This document shows, piece by piece, positions 29,106 through 38,613 of a stretch of 49,626 bases of DNA. The stretch lies in contig CAYLSO010000008.1 in NCBI GenBank assembly GCA_964386525.1, positions 1 through 49,626 on the forward strand, written 5' to 3'. Below the pieces are notes generated by a model. That model saw nothing but the letters and a program-made list of their open reading frames with translations, was not told the DNA's origin and made no database searches. This DNA comes from an uncultured bacterium (GTDB lineage: Bacteria > Eisenbacteria > RBG-16-71-46 > DASYSL01). Every line of letters starts with the position of its first letter. Within the stretch, counting starts at the first letter, position 1. The translations under genes were made by a program, and so were the position numbers.

Positions 29106-29594
29106 ATGGCTCTGTGTGAACGTCTCAAGCAGTTCCTCGCCCAGGAGAAAGTGCCGTACGACCTGCTGCCTCACACCCAGGTCTTCACCGCCCAGGAGGT
29201 CGCCGCCCAGAGCCACGTGACCGGCTGGCACCTGGCGAAGATCGTGGTCGTGCGCGACGAGGCCGGTGGCGCCTACATGGTGGCCATCCCCGCCCCGAGC
29301 CTCCTCGACATCGCCGCCGTCCAGAGGGCGACGGGCAAGGCCAAGCTGCGTATCGCCCACGAAGAGGACTTCCGCACCCTGTTCCCCGACTGCGAGACCG
29401 GCGCGATGCCGCCGTTCGGCAACCTCTATGGCGTGCCGGTGTACGTGGACGCGTCGCTGACGCGGTCGCGCGAGTTCGTGTTCCAGGCGGGGAGCCACAA
29501 GGAAGCGGTGCGCATGAGCTACGCGGACTACGAGCGGCTGGCCAAGCCCGCCGTCGGCGAGTTCGCGGCGCGCGAGGCGGTCAAGCGGGCGTAG
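29106..29594 (+). CDS. YbaK/EbsC-family aminoacyl-tRNA editing-domain protein
   Basis: ATG at 29106 after GGAAGGAGG. A roughly 160-aa protein with the pattern H..VFTAQEVA...AKIVVV...AMPPFGNLYG.PVY.D, typical of the YbaK/ProX fold. Confidence 0.7.
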   Translation: MALCERLKQFLAQEKVPYDLLPHTQVFTAQEVAAQSHVTGWHLAKIVVVRDEAGGAYMVAIPAPSLLDIAAVQRATGKAKLRIAHEEDFRTLFPDCETGAMPPFGNLYGVPVYVDASLTRSREFVFQAGSHKEAVRMSYADYERLAKPAVGEFAAREAVKRA

Positions 29595-30093
29595 GCGCGC
29601 GAGGCGGTCCAGCGGGCGGCGGCTTGCCCGGCCGCGCGCCGCCCGCGTAGGCGGCCGCCAGCCGGTCCGCCACGGCGCGCACCTCGGACTCGACGCCGGC
29701 GTCGAAGGCGGCCACCTCGTGGCTGTCGATGTCGATCTGCGCGTGGATCACGTCGGCGCTGCGCACCAGCACGACCAGCTCGGAGCGCGTCTGGAGGCTG
29801 CACGCCAGATAGTTGCCCACCTCGCGCACGTCCGGCACGTTGAGGTCGCGCCGCTCGGCCACGGCCGTGCCGCACACGCCCTGCCCCACGGGGATGGCGG
29901 TGTGCTCCGTGGGCGCCCCCACGAAGGGTCCGAGGCGCAGCACGCCGTCGGAGCCCAGCTCGTAGATCCCCGTCCAGTGGAAGCGCGGGCTCAGCCCGTG
30001 CACGCCGTGCACGGCGGCGCGCAGGAGTTCGTCGAGCGGGGCGCCGGCGGCGGCGAGTGCGTCGAGTCGGACGATGATCTCGCGGGCGTTCAT
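29581..30093 (-). CDS. GAF-domain protein, free methionine-(R)-sulfoxide reductase (fRMsr/YebR)-like
   Basis: WTGIY...GPFVG....IPVGQGVCGTA......NVPDV.....YLACS..TRSELVV matches the fRMsr GAF pattern. It has a Pro-rich C-terminal tail and overlaps the convergent ybaK-like gene by 14 nt. Confidence 0.7.
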   Translation of the reverse strand: MNAREIIVRLDALAAAGAPLDELLRAAVHGVHGLSPRFHWTGIYELGSDGVLRLGPFVGAPTEHTAIPVGQGVCGTAVAERRDLNVPDVREVGNYLACSLQTRSELVVLVRSADVIHAQIDIDSHEVAAFDAGVESEVRAVADRLAAAYAGGARPGKPPPAGPPRAPTPA

Positions 30094-30140
30094 GGGCGGT
30101 CGGGTCTCCCTGGGGTGGTGTGGCGCGCCGGAGCGCGGCC

Positions 30141-31298
30141 TCAGAGGATCGTCCCGCCGCCCAGCAGGCGGTCGCCGTCGTAGAGCACCGCCGACTGGCC
30201 GGGGGTGACGGCGCGCTGCGGGGCGTCGAAGACGATGCGGGCGCCGGCCGCCGGGTCGAAGGGCGCGGCGGTGTCCGGGTCGGCCGCCGCTCGCCCGCTC
30301 CCCGCCTCCCCCGGCCAGAGCGTCGCGTCCGCCGCCCCCGCCCGGTAGCGGATCTGCGCCTGGAGGCGGCGTCCGGCTTGCGGCGGGTCGGCCGGCAGCC
30401 AGTTCAGCGGCCCGGTGCGCGCCTCGCGGGCCAGCAGCGCCGCCTCGGGACCGACCGTGACGGCGTTGCGCTCGGCGTCGAGGGCGACGACGTAGAGCGC
30501 GCCTCCGCCCGCCACCCCGCGGCCGAGCCCGCGCCGCTGCCCCACCGTGTAATGCGCGAGGCCGCCGTGCTCGCCCAGCTCACGCCCCTCGAGGTCGAGG
30601 ATCGGGCCGGGCCGCTCGACCCGCTCGCGCCCCGCCGCCTCGGCGAGGAACGCGGCGTAGCCGCCCGGGCCCACGAAGCACAGATCCTGGCTCTCGTGCT
30701 TGTCCGCCACGCGCGCCAGGCCCAAGCGCTCGGCGTGCGCGCGCACCTCGTCCTTGGTGAGCCCCCCGAGCGGGAAGAGCAGCGACGGCAGGCTCGCGCG
30801 CGCCACCCCCCACAGGGCGTAGCTCTGGTCTTTGGCGCGGCCGACGGCGCGCCACAGGGCGGGCTCTTCACCGCCGCCGGCCAGGGGCGCGGGGGCCCGG
30901 CGCGCGTAGTGGCCGGTGGCCACGAAGGCGGCGCCGATGCCGCGCGCCTGCTCGAGCAAGCGCCCGAACTTCAGGTCGGCGTTGCAGGCGGCGCAGGGGT
31001 AGGGCGTGCGGCCGGCGAGGTAGCCGGCGACGAAGGGCCCGGCGATGCGGGCCCGGAAGTCGGCGGTGTAGTCGAGGACGTGGTGGGTGAAGCCCATGCG
31101 CAGCGCCACCGAGCGGGCGTCGGCGATGGCCTCGAGCGAGCAGCAGGGGCGCGCCACCGGCTCGCGCTCCTCGTAGCACCAGAGCTTGAGGGTCGCCCCC
31201 ACCACCTCGTAGCCCTGCTCGGCGAGCCGGGCGGCCGCCACGGAGGAATCCACTCCCCCGGACATGGCGACCAGAACGGTGGGACGGCGCGCGGTCAA
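30141..31298 (-). CDS. mnmA: tRNA 2-thiouridine(34) synthase
   Basis: VLVAMSGGVDSSVAA PP-loop, CCS...AR, PCAACN..LKF, and ATGHYAR. The only plausible start that preserves the N-terminus is TTG at 31298, which overlaps the stop of the upstream TPR gene (TTGA). ATG at 31265 would start at the PP-loop itself. Confidence 0.9.
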   Translation of the reverse strand: MTARRPTVLVAMSGGVDSSVAAARLAEQGYEVVGATLKLWCYEEREPVARPCCSLEAIADARSVALRMGFTHHVLDYTADFRARIAGPFVAGYLAGRTPYPCAACNADLKFGRLLEQARGIGAAFVATGHYARRAPAPLAGGGEEPALWRAVGRAKDQSYALWGVARASLPSLLFPLGGLTKDEVRAHAERLGLARVADKHESQDLCFVGPGGYAAFLAEAAGRERVERPGPILDLEGRELGEHGGLAHYTVGQRRGLGRGVAGGGALYVVALDAERNAVTVGPEAALLAREARTGPLNWLPADPPQAGRRLQAQIRYRAGAADATLWPGEAGSGRAAADPDTAAPFDPAAGARIVFDAPQRAVTPGQSAVLYDGDRLLGGGTIL

Positions 31299-32023
31299 GG
31301 AGTCTTCATCAACTCGCGCAGCGTGGCGATGCTCTCCTTGGCCGAGAGCGCCTCGGGCGTGTTGGGCGCCACCTCCACGACCTTCTCCCAGGCGCGGATC
31401 GCCTCTTCGTAGATCTGGGCGTCGGCGAACGCCACGCCGAGCGTGAAGTAGGCGCAGTACGAGCGCGGGTGCTTGGCCAGCGCGACGCGCAGCGTGTCCA
31501 TGGCCGCGACCTTGCTGCCGCCGGCGTAGAGCGAGGCGCCCAGACGGCAAAGCGCGATCTCGTCGCCGGGGGCGTGGCCGAGCGCGGTGCGGTAGGCAGC
31601 GCGGGCCTCGTTCCCCTTGCCGATGGCGTCGAGAGCGGCGCCGAGATTCACCCACCCCTTGACCTCGGCGGGACGCAGGCGCGTGCAGCGCTGGAACACC
31701 GACACCGCCTCCAGCGCGCGGTCGTGGTCCAGGTAGGCGACACCCAGCCGGTAGCCCTTGTCGAAGCTGGCAGTGTCCTTCTGCGCCGCGACCTCGAGCT
31801 GGCGCACCGTGTCGGCGGCGGCGGCCTGGGCCTTCGTGGCGGCGGCCTGGGCCTTCGTGGGGGCCGCCGTCTGCGCCCCGGCCCCGGCGGCCAGCAGGGC
31901 CGCGAGGGCCACGCCGGCGACCGCCAGGGCGGCGGCCGGCGCCCACGCCGATCCGCGGCGCCCCGGCGCGATCCCCGTGCTAATCTCCCGACGGCCCTCT
32001 AAGCGCTCGGCCACTGTGCGCAT
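31295..32023 (-). CDS. TPR-repeat protein with N-terminal membrane anchor or signal
   Basis: A hydrophobic segment (AAALAVAGVALAALLAAGAGA) followed by about 4 TPR-like repeats. Translationally coupled to mnmA. Confidence 0.75.
   Translation of the reverse strand: MRTVAERLEGRREISTGIAPGRRGSAWAPAAALAVAGVALAALLAAGAGAQTAAPTKAQAAATKAQAAAADTVRQLEVAAQKDTASFDKGYRLGVAYLDHDRALEAVSVFQRCTRLRPAEVKGWVNLGAALDAIGKGNEARAAYRTALGHAPGDEIALCRLGASLYAGGSKVAAMDTLRVALAKHPRSYCAYFTLGVAFADAQIYEEAIRAWEKVVEVAPNTPEALSAKESIATLRELMKTP
31818..31859. repeat. Perfect 21-bp tandem duplication inside the TPR gene
   Basis: GCGGCGGCCTGGGCCTTCGTG occurs twice (31818-31838 and 31839-31859). On the minus strand it encodes TKAQAAA twice, in frame. 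Confidence 0.9.
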
Positions 32024-32132
32024 GCGAATCCTCCCCGGGCCTCGGCCCGCGAAACGGTGGCCCGCCGGGCGGGCGGGCGGCTTGGCAGGTGGGTGCGATC
32101 AGCTGGAGTTCGTTCACGAGCGTAGGAAACGC

Positions 32133-33239
32133 ATGGCGAACCTGTCAAGGAAGCCACCCGACCCCCCTCTCGATCCCCGCGGCGTGCGGCGGGCGCTGGT
32201 GATCCGGCCGCGCTTCGTCGGCGACCTGTGCCTGACGCTGCCGGTCGTGGACCATCTGCGCCGCCACGCCCCGCAGGCCGCGATCGATTACCTCACCGAG
32301 GAGGCGTACGCGCCCCTGCTCGCCGGCGACCCGAGGCTGGCGCGCTTGCTGGCCGCCCGCCGGGGCGCCTCTCCGGCCGCGAGCGCGGCGCTCTTCGGCA
32401 CGCTGGCGCGCGGTGGCTACGACCTGGTGCTCGACCTGTTCTGCAACCCGCGCACCGCGCTGTGGACGGCGGCCACCGCCGCCCGCGTGCGCGTCGGCTA
32501 CGCCGGCAAGGGCTGGCGCAGCTCCGTGTACAACCGTTTCCCGCAGCACCAAGACAAGAGCGCGGTGCGCTTCCACCTCGCCTCGATCGCCGCCCTCGGC
32601 TGGGAAACCGACCCCGCGGCCGTGCCCGACCTGCGCATCGGCGTGGCCGAGGCGCGCGTGGCGCGCGGCGGCCTGGCGCGCTTCGGCGTGGACGCCGGAG
32701 ACGGCGCGCGGCTCGTCGCCATCCACCCCGGCGCCCGCTGGCCGACACGCCGGTGGCCGCCCGAGCGCTACGCCGCGGTGGCGCGGCGGCTCGTCGAGCG
32801 CCGACCGGAAGCCTGGGCCCTGATCCTCGCCGGCCCGGGCGAGGAGGCGGTCGCGGCCGGCATCGTGACCGCGGTCGGCCACCCCCGCTGCGTGACGGTC
32901 ACCGGCCTCGCTCTGCGCGAGCTGGCCGCGCTGCTGGCGGCGTGCGCGGCCTTCGTCGGCCCCGACAGCGGGCCGGTGCACATGGCGGTCGCCGCCGGCA
33001 CCCCGTCGGTGGGCATCTTCGGGCGCAACGAGCCGGAGCGCTTCTTCCCCTACCCCGCCTCGCGCGGGCACCGCGCCGCCTACGCCGGCGTGTGGTGCAG
33101 CCCGTGCCACCTCGACGTCTGCCCGCACACCTCGTGCCTGGCGGCGCTCACCCCGGAGTGGGTTTGGGGCGCGCTGGCGGAGATCCTGGAACGAACCGGC
33201 CCGTGGCCGGCGGCGTCCGCCGCAGGAAGCGACGCATGA
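32133..33239 (+). CDS. Glycosyltransferase family 9 (ADP-heptose:LPS heptosyltransferase-like)
   Basis: RPRFVGDLCLTLPVV at the N-terminus and GPDSGPVHMAVAAGTPSVGIFG near the C-terminus are GT9 hallmarks. ATG at 32133. Confidence 0.8.
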   Translation: MANLSRKPPDPPLDPRGVRRALVIRPRFVGDLCLTLPVVDHLRRHAPQAAIDYLTEEAYAPLLAGDPRLARLLAARRGASPAASAALFGTLARGGYDLVLDLFCNPRTALWTAATAARVRVGYAGKGWRSSVYNRFPQHQDKSAVRFHLASIAALGWETDPAAVPDLRIGVAEARVARGGLARFGVDAGDGARLVAIHPGARWPTRRWPPERYAAVARRLVERRPEAWALILAGPGEEAVAAGIVTAVGHPRCVTVTGLALRELAALLAACAAFVGPDSGPVHMAVAAGTPSVGIFGRNEPERFFPYPASRGHRAAYAGVWCSPCHLDVCPHTSCLAALTPEWVWGALAEILERTGPWPAASAAGSDA

Positions 33240-33281
33240 GCGGGCAGGCGCGGGAGCGCGCCGGGGCGGGCGCCCGGGCCG

Positions 33282-34925
33282 CTAGCGCCGGCCGGTGGTC
33301 GCGGTCTCGTCGAGCGGCGGTTTCCCCGCCTTGCCGGGCAGCGTGCCGGCGCTCGAAAGCAGCTTGGAAGCCTCGGGGAACAGCTCCAGCGCCCGTTGCA
33401 GCTGCTTGTCGCCGGTGATGTCCACGCGGTAGCGCGCGTCGAGACCGAAGAGATTGCCCCCGATCTCCGCCTTGAGCCGCCGCGAGACGTACTCCCGCTC
33501 GTTCTGCCAGTCGTCGTCGCCGAACCGCGCCGAATCGGCCTCCAGCTCCTGGCGCAGCTGCGCGAGGGCCGTCTCGTCCGGCTGGTAGCTCTTGAGGAAA
33601 TCCTCGAAGCGGGCGTACCGGCCCTGGAGCGGCGGCGCCAGTCGCGTGGCCGTCTCGAAGAGCGCTCCGGCCTGCTCGATCTGCGCCTGGCGCTGGCTGA
33701 CGCGCTGGCTGGGCACGACCACGTCGGGCGTGATGCCGCCGCCGCCGTACACCGTTCGCCCGCCGGGCGTGGTGAATTTGGGCCGCGCGGCGAGCACGCT
33801 CTCGGGCGCGGCGTCCTCCTTCCAGGCGTCGATCTGATAGGACTCGCGATCGGAGTAGTCGCGCTGGATGAGCCGTCCGCTCGGCGTGTAGTACTTGGCC
33901 ACGGTGAGCAGCAGCGCCGAGCCGTCCGACAACTGCATCTGGTTCTGGACGAGCCCCTTGCCGAACGACGTGGTGCCCACGACCAGGCCGCGGTCGAGGT
34001 CCTGCACCGCGCCGGCGAAGATCTCCGAGGCCGACGCCGAGCCGTGGTCGATGAGCACCACGAGCGGCAGGTCGGTGTACTTGGCGTTCTTGTTGTCGGT
34101 GTAGTAATCGGCGCTCGCCGAGCGCAGGCGACCGCGCGTGTACACGATGCGCTGCCCCGCCGGCAGGACCAGGTCACTCACCTCCACCGCCTGGTGGAGC
34201 AGCCCTCCGGAGTTGAAGCGCAGGTCGACGAGCAGCTGCTTCATGCCCTGCGCCTTGAGCTTCTCCAGGGCGCGGTCGAGCTCCAGGCCGGTGGCCGACG
34301 CGAAGCGGATGACGCGCACGTAGCCCACCCCCGGCCGGATCATGTGCGCGTAGCGCACGCTCTCCTGCGGGATGCGGGCCCGCACCAGATCGAAGGCGAT
34401 GAGCTCCGGCTGGGCGCCGCGCCGCACGTCGACCTTGACGGTCGAGCCCTCGGGTCCGCGCAAGAGCCGGAAGACCTCCTCGTTGTTGATGGTCGGCGGC
34501 ACCGGCTTGCCGTCCACCTTGACGATGCGGTCGCCGGCCCGCATGCCCATGCGGAAGGCCGGCGTGCCCTCGAGCGGCGAGATGACGATGAGCTCGCCGC
34601 GGCGCACCTCGAACTGGATACCGATGCCCGAGTAGTTCTCGCGGAACTGCTCGGTGAAGCGGGCGTAGCGCTCCTTGGGCAGGTAGACGCTGTGCGGGTC
34701 GAGGGTCTCGAGCAGGCCGGTGATGGCGCCCCGCACGAGGTCCTGGTTGTCCACCGTTTCGACGTACTGCGTCTGGATCTCGTAGAGCACGACGCCGAAG
34801 AGATCGAGCTGGGCGCGCAGGTCGTCCTGGGCGCCGAGCAGGCGGGCCGCGCCGAAGCCGACGCCGAGAGCCAGGGCCAGCGCGTAGGCGGCGCGCCGGG
34901 CGCGGCCGGGCCGGGCGGGGCTCAC
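33282..34925 (-). CDS. ctp: S41 C-terminal processing peptidase (Ctp/Prc-like) with PDZ domain and about 150-aa C-terminal extension
   Basis: GIGIQF, a PDZ domain (PAFRMGMRAGDRIVKVDG), DLRFNSGGLL, GSASASEIFAGAVQD and GGGGITPDV. GTG start at 34925. Confidence 0.9.
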   Translation of the reverse strand: MSPARPGRARRAAYALALALGVGFGAARLLGAQDDLRAQLDLFGVVLYEIQTQYVETVDNQDLVRGAITGLLETLDPHSVYLPKERYARFTEQFRENYSGIGIQFEVRRGELIVISPLEGTPAFRMGMRAGDRIVKVDGKPVPPTINNEEVFRLLRGPEGSTVKVDVRRGAQPELIAFDLVRARIPQESVRYAHMIRPGVGYVRVIRFASATGLELDRALEKLKAQGMKQLLVDLRFNSGGLLHQAVEVSDLVLPAGQRIVYTRGRLRSASADYYTDNKNAKYTDLPLVVLIDHGSASASEIFAGAVQDLDRGLVVGTTSFGKGLVQNQMQLSDGSALLLTVAKYYTPSGRLIQRDYSDRESYQIDAWKEDAAPESVLAARPKFTTPGGRTVYGGGGITPDVVVPSQRVSQRQAQIEQAGALFETATRLAPPLQGRYARFEDFLKSYQPDETALAQLRQELEADSARFGDDDWQNEREYVSRRLKAEIGGNLFGLDARYRVDITGDKQLQRALELFPEASKLLSSAGTLPGKAGKPPLDETATTGRR

Positions 34926-35202
34926 CGCTCGCCTCCAGGCTCGAGGCCGGAAGCCGCCGGGGCGGTAGCGCCTGGGATGCGGGTGTCGGTGGTCACGTCG
35001 TGCGCTCTCCGCGGCAGCGGGGCCGGATGCCGGCGGCGCGCGGCCGGCGGAGCCGCACCGCCGGGATCCCGCGCGCCCGGGACTGGGTTACGATGATACG
35101 CCTGCGATGATTGTAAGGCCACCGCCGGGTCGTCCCGCGCGGCGCAGCGCGTGGCCCGGCAAGGAAATCGTGAACCTTGGCCGGCGGCGCGCGCCGGGGC
35201 TC

Positions 35203-36189
35203 TCAAGTCGCATGCTCCGGGCTGGGTCCGCCCTCGAGCAGCAGCGCGTCGGCGAAGAACTTCGCCCCCCAGTTGGGGTACTCGAAGGGACCGTAACCAC
35301 CCCACAAGGGATGTGAGCCCTTGATGGCGCCGCGCACGCCGGGGTTGGGATCGTCCAAGCGCTGGGTGCGCATGAGGAACCGGTTCATGGCGAGCCCCGC
35401 GTCGCGGTATCGCGTCTCGCCGGTCAACTGGAAGAGGCGCAGCCAGACGATCGAAGTCTGGGCGTCGCCGGTCAGGCAGCTCCAGCCCACGGCCGGCCGC
35501 CAGGCGGAGTCGAAGCGCCCCGGCAGGCTGCCGTCGGCGCGCTGCAGCGGCAGCAGCGCGTCGGCCGCGCGCCGCGCCGATTCCAGGAAGCGCGGTTCGT
35601 CGAGCAGCACCCCGCCCTCGAGCAGCCCCTCCATGGTGTAGGCGAGCGTGTGCAACAACGGCTCCCGGTCGTCGTCCAGGCAGCACTCGGCGTACCAGCC
35701 GTTGGCCGTCTGGCGGGTGAGCGCGAACTCGAAGTTCCTGGAGGCGACAGCACGGAACGTGTCGTCCTCGGTCTCCTCGTAGGCGCGTGCCCAACCGAAC
35801 AGCACCTGCCCGGTGTTGAAGATCGCCGGCGCTTGGGGAAAGCCGATGACGGCGCCCTGCACCGCCCCGCTCTCCATCTGCACCGCGGCCTCCCAGCGCG
35901 CCATCTGCTCGGCGCGCTCCCGGTACTCCGCCTTCCCGGTCAGCTTCGCGTAATTGTAGAAGGTCTTGATGATGTAGCCGGTGGTCTCGGGGTAGGCCGG
36001 GTGCCAGCCGGCGCCCCGATAGGCGCGCTGCCACTTGAGCGAGTAGCTGCGCGCCACGCCCTGCCGCCCGGTGGCATCGTGGGCGCGGCAGAGCCAGCCC
36101 ATGGCGGCGTCGAGGTGTTCGCGGACCGACGCCCTGGTGGGCGGCAGGCCTGCGAGGTCGCGCAAGACGATGCGGGTCAAATCGATCAT
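35203..36189 (-). CDS. Hypothetical protein, predicted (alpha/alpha)-barrel (prenyltransferase/terpenoid-cyclase- or six-hairpin-glycosidase-like)
   Basis: Repeated helical hairpins with W/Y/G-rich turns (GWHPAYPETTGY, ANGWY, ADGSLPG, HPLWGGYGPFEYPNWGAKF). ATG at 36189 (MIDLTR). The functional assignment rests only on fold-level resemblance. Confidence 0.6.
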   Translation of the reverse strand: MIDLTRIVLRDLAGLPPTRASVREHLDAAMGWLCRAHDATGRQGVARSYSLKWQRAYRGAGWHPAYPETTGYIIKTFYNYAKLTGKAEYRERAEQMARWEAAVQMESGAVQGAVIGFPQAPAIFNTGQVLFGWARAYEETEDDTFRAVASRNFEFALTRQTANGWYAECCLDDDREPLLHTLAYTMEGLLEGGVLLDEPRFLESARRAADALLPLQRADGSLPGRFDSAWRPAVGWSCLTGDAQTSIVWLRLFQLTGETRYRDAGLAMNRFLMRTQRLDDPNPGVRGAIKGSHPLWGGYGPFEYPNWGAKFFADALLLEGGPSPEHAT

Positions 36190-36350
36190 CGATGGGATCC
36201 TGGCCCGTGGCTCGAAGCTGACATCCCCCACCCTGCCGGTTCCTGCGGATTCTCGCGACGGCGGCTCCGGGATGCGCGGCGTGCGGAGCCGGAAGCGCAC
36301 GTGGCCCCTGCGAGTTGACAGTCCGCGCGGGCGGTGTTTCCCTGCGCCTC

Positions 36351-37826
36351 ATGCGCGGCCTCTCCGCGGCGGCTTCGGTCGCCATCACAGGTCTACCGCG
36401 AGGCGGGATCACCGCCGAGTTCGAGCGCTTCCTCTCCGAGACCCCGCCGGCGGGAATCCTGCTCTTCCGGCGGGACTTCGGGATTATCGGCAGGCTGCCG
36501 GAGCTTGTCCAGCGCCTGCGCGGGCTCGCCGCGCCGCATTCCCTGCTCGTGTGCATGGACGAGGAGGGCGGACTCGTCTCGCAGCTGGCGCCCGATCTGC
36601 CGGTGCCCCCCGCGGCGCGCGTCCTCGGCCGGGCGTCCGATGAAACCGAAGTCGCATCGCTTGGAGCCTACACCGGCCGCTGTCTGCGCGCCCTCGGCGT
36701 GGACGTGGACTTCGCGCCGGTGCTCGACGTCGATTCCGAGCCGGTGAACCCGGTGATCGGCCCGCGGGCTTTCTCCGCCGACGTGGACGCGGTCTGCCGC
36801 CTCGGGCTCGCCAACGCCCGCGGCCTGCTCTCGGGGGGCGTGATCCCCTGCGCCAAGCACTTCCCCGGACACGGCGACACGCGCCTCGACTCGCATCTGG
36901 TGCTGCCCCGCTGCCCCGCGCCACGCGAGCTGCTGGCAGAACGCGACCTGGCGCCGTTCCGCGCCGCCGTGGCGGCGCAGATCCCACTCGTCATGGTGTC
37001 GCACGTGCACTACCCCGCGATCGATCCCGAGGAGACTCCCGCGACTCTCTCGCCGGCGGTGGTCACCGGCCTGCTGCGCGGAGAGCTGGGCTACCGGGGC
37101 GCGGTCGTCACCGACGCCATGGAGATGCACGCCGTCGCCCTGCGCTACGCGCCGGAGCGTGCCGCCCGGCTGGCGCTCGAGGCCGGCTGCGACCTGCTGC
37201 TCTACGGCGCCTTCACTCCGGAGCTGCAGGCGGCGCTCGAGCACATCGCGGCCAGTCTCGAGGCCGGTGACGAGGCGCTCACGCGGCGAGTCAAGGAGGC
37301 CCGGGCCCGCATCGAGGCGCTCCGCGGCCGGTGCGGGACGGGTCGGCCGGAGATCCCCGCCGCCCCGCCTGTCGATCTGGTCGCGCTCTGCCGCCGCGCC
37401 CTACGCTGGGTGGGCGGCCCGCCCCGGCCCTCCGCTCCGCCGGCCGGAGCGGGCCCCCGCTGGCTCGTCGTGGAGCCACGGTGGGCAGCCGGCCCCTCGC
37501 TCGCCGAGCTGCTGCGGGAGGTGGGCTGGCAGGTGAGCAGCCGCCCCTGGGAGGAGGTGGGCGGGACCGGCCAGGCGGAGGCCGATCTGGCCGGTTCCGA
37601 CCGAGTCCTCGCCGCGCTGGCCCGCCGCACGCCCCCCACGGCGGCCGAGGCCGCCCGCCTGGGCGAATTCGTCGCCGCCCGACCCTCCTGGGTCGTGGCC
37701 CTCGGCCAGGACGCGTTCCTGGCCGATCTGCCAGGGGCGGCCGGCCGGCTTTCGGCCTGCGATCCGGGCGAGCCGATGCGCCGGGCGGTGGCCGCGGCCC
37801 TGGCGGAAGCGGCCGCCGGCGTCTGA
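36351..37826 (+). CDS. nagZ: GH3 beta-N-acetylhexosaminidase (NagZ-like) with C-terminal extension
   Basis: MDEEGGLVSQL, KHFPGHGDTRLDSH and VVTDAMEM motifs of the GH3 N-terminal domain. ATG at 36351. Confidence 0.85.
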   Translation: MRGLSAAASVAITGLPRGGITAEFERFLSETPPAGILLFRRDFGIIGRLPELVQRLRGLAAPHSLLVCMDEEGGLVSQLAPDLPVPPAARVLGRASDETEVASLGAYTGRCLRALGVDVDFAPVLDVDSEPVNPVIGPRAFSADVDAVCRLGLANARGLLSGGVIPCAKHFPGHGDTRLDSHLVLPRCPAPRELLAERDLAPFRAAVAAQIPLVMVSHVHYPAIDPEETPATLSPAVVTGLLRGELGYRGAVVTDAMEMHAVALRYAPERAARLALEAGCDLLLYGAFTPELQAALEHIAASLEAGDEALTRRVKEARARIEALRGRCGTGRPEIPAAPPVDLVALCRRALRWVGGPPRPSAPPAGAGPRWLVVEPRWAAGPSLAELLREVGWQVSSRPWEEVGGTGQAEADLAGSDRVLAALARRTPPTAAEAARLGEFVAARPSWVVALGQDAFLADLPGAAGRLSACDPGEPMRRAVAAALAEAAAGV

Positions 37827-37994
37827 GCCGCAGGCTTGACGACGTCCAGCCCCGGCCAAGATTCCAGCCGCCACGAAACCTCCGCCCCCGCCGGGGCGTA
37901 GCACGACCGGAGCGGACCCCAACTCCCTTCCCTCCGGCTCGCGCCAGGCGGCCCACTCCAACCTTTTCCCCCGCCCGGCTATCGAATCGGGCGC

Positions 37995-38570
37995 ATGCAC
38001 AGACCCGGTCCTGGGGCAGTCATGGCGGACGCAGAACCGGAAACGGTGGCGCGGAAACCGGACGAGAGCGACGCCTCGCTGGCCGCCGGCGGCGATGCCC
38101 GCGCCTTCGAGCGCCTCTACCGGTCGCATGTGGCGCGCGTGCACGGGCTGGCGCGACGCATGGCCGGCGACGAACTGGCCGACGAGCTGACGCAGGAGAC
38201 CTTCGTGCGCGCCTGGCAGAAGCTGTGGAGCTTCCGCGGCGAGTCGGCGTTCGGCACCTGGCTCCACCGGGTGGCGGTGAACGTGATCCTGGCGCGGCGC
38301 GCCTCCCAGGCGGGCGAGCGTTCGCGACGGGTGGACGGGATGGAGATCCTGGAGATGGCCGCGGCCCGGCCGGCTGCACCCGACCTGGCGATGGACTTCG
38401 AGGCGGCCATCCGGCGCCTGCCCGACGGGGCGCGTCAGATCTTCGTCCTGCACGATGTCGAGGGCTACAAGCACGAGGAGATCGCCAGGCTTCTCGGTAT
38501 CGCCTCGGGCACGTCGAAGGCCCAGCTGCACCGCGCGCGGATGCTGCTGCGCGGGCATCTCGGCAAGTGA
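37995..38570 (+). CDS. ECF-type RNA polymerase sigma factor (sigma-70 regions 2 and 4)
   Basis: FERLYRSHVARVHGLARRM...ELTQETFVRAW (region 2). RQIFVLHDVEGYKHEEIARLLGIASGTSKAQLHRAR (region 4 HTH). Start is ATG at 37995 or 38022. Confidence 0.9.
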   Translation: MHRPGPGAVMADAEPETVARKPDESDASLAAGGDARAFERLYRSHVARVHGLARRMAGDELADELTQETFVRAWQKLWSFRGESAFGTWLHRVAVNVILARRASQAGERSRRVDGMEILEMAAARPAAPDLAMDFEAAIRRLPDGARQIFVLHDVEGYKHEEIARLLGIASGTSKAQLHRARMLLRGHLGK

Positions 38571-38613
38571 GAGCGCGGCGCGGGGGACGCGGCAGGGAGA
38601 ACGGAGCGCGGCG

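Noticed and set aside
31818-31859. Perfect 21-bp tandem duplication in the TPR gene
   Set aside because: It is real and is listed as a repeat. However, it is an in-frame duplication of an Ala-rich linker (TKAQAAA twice), which is ordinary slippage with no further significance.
35085-35115. AT-rich island with direct repeat CGATGAT-N7-CGATGAT upstream of ctp
   Set aside because: It is short, and the hexamer spacing does not fit a sigma70 promoter (12 nt between the TTACAA-like and TATCAT-like boxes on the minus strand). There is insufficient support for a regulatory call.
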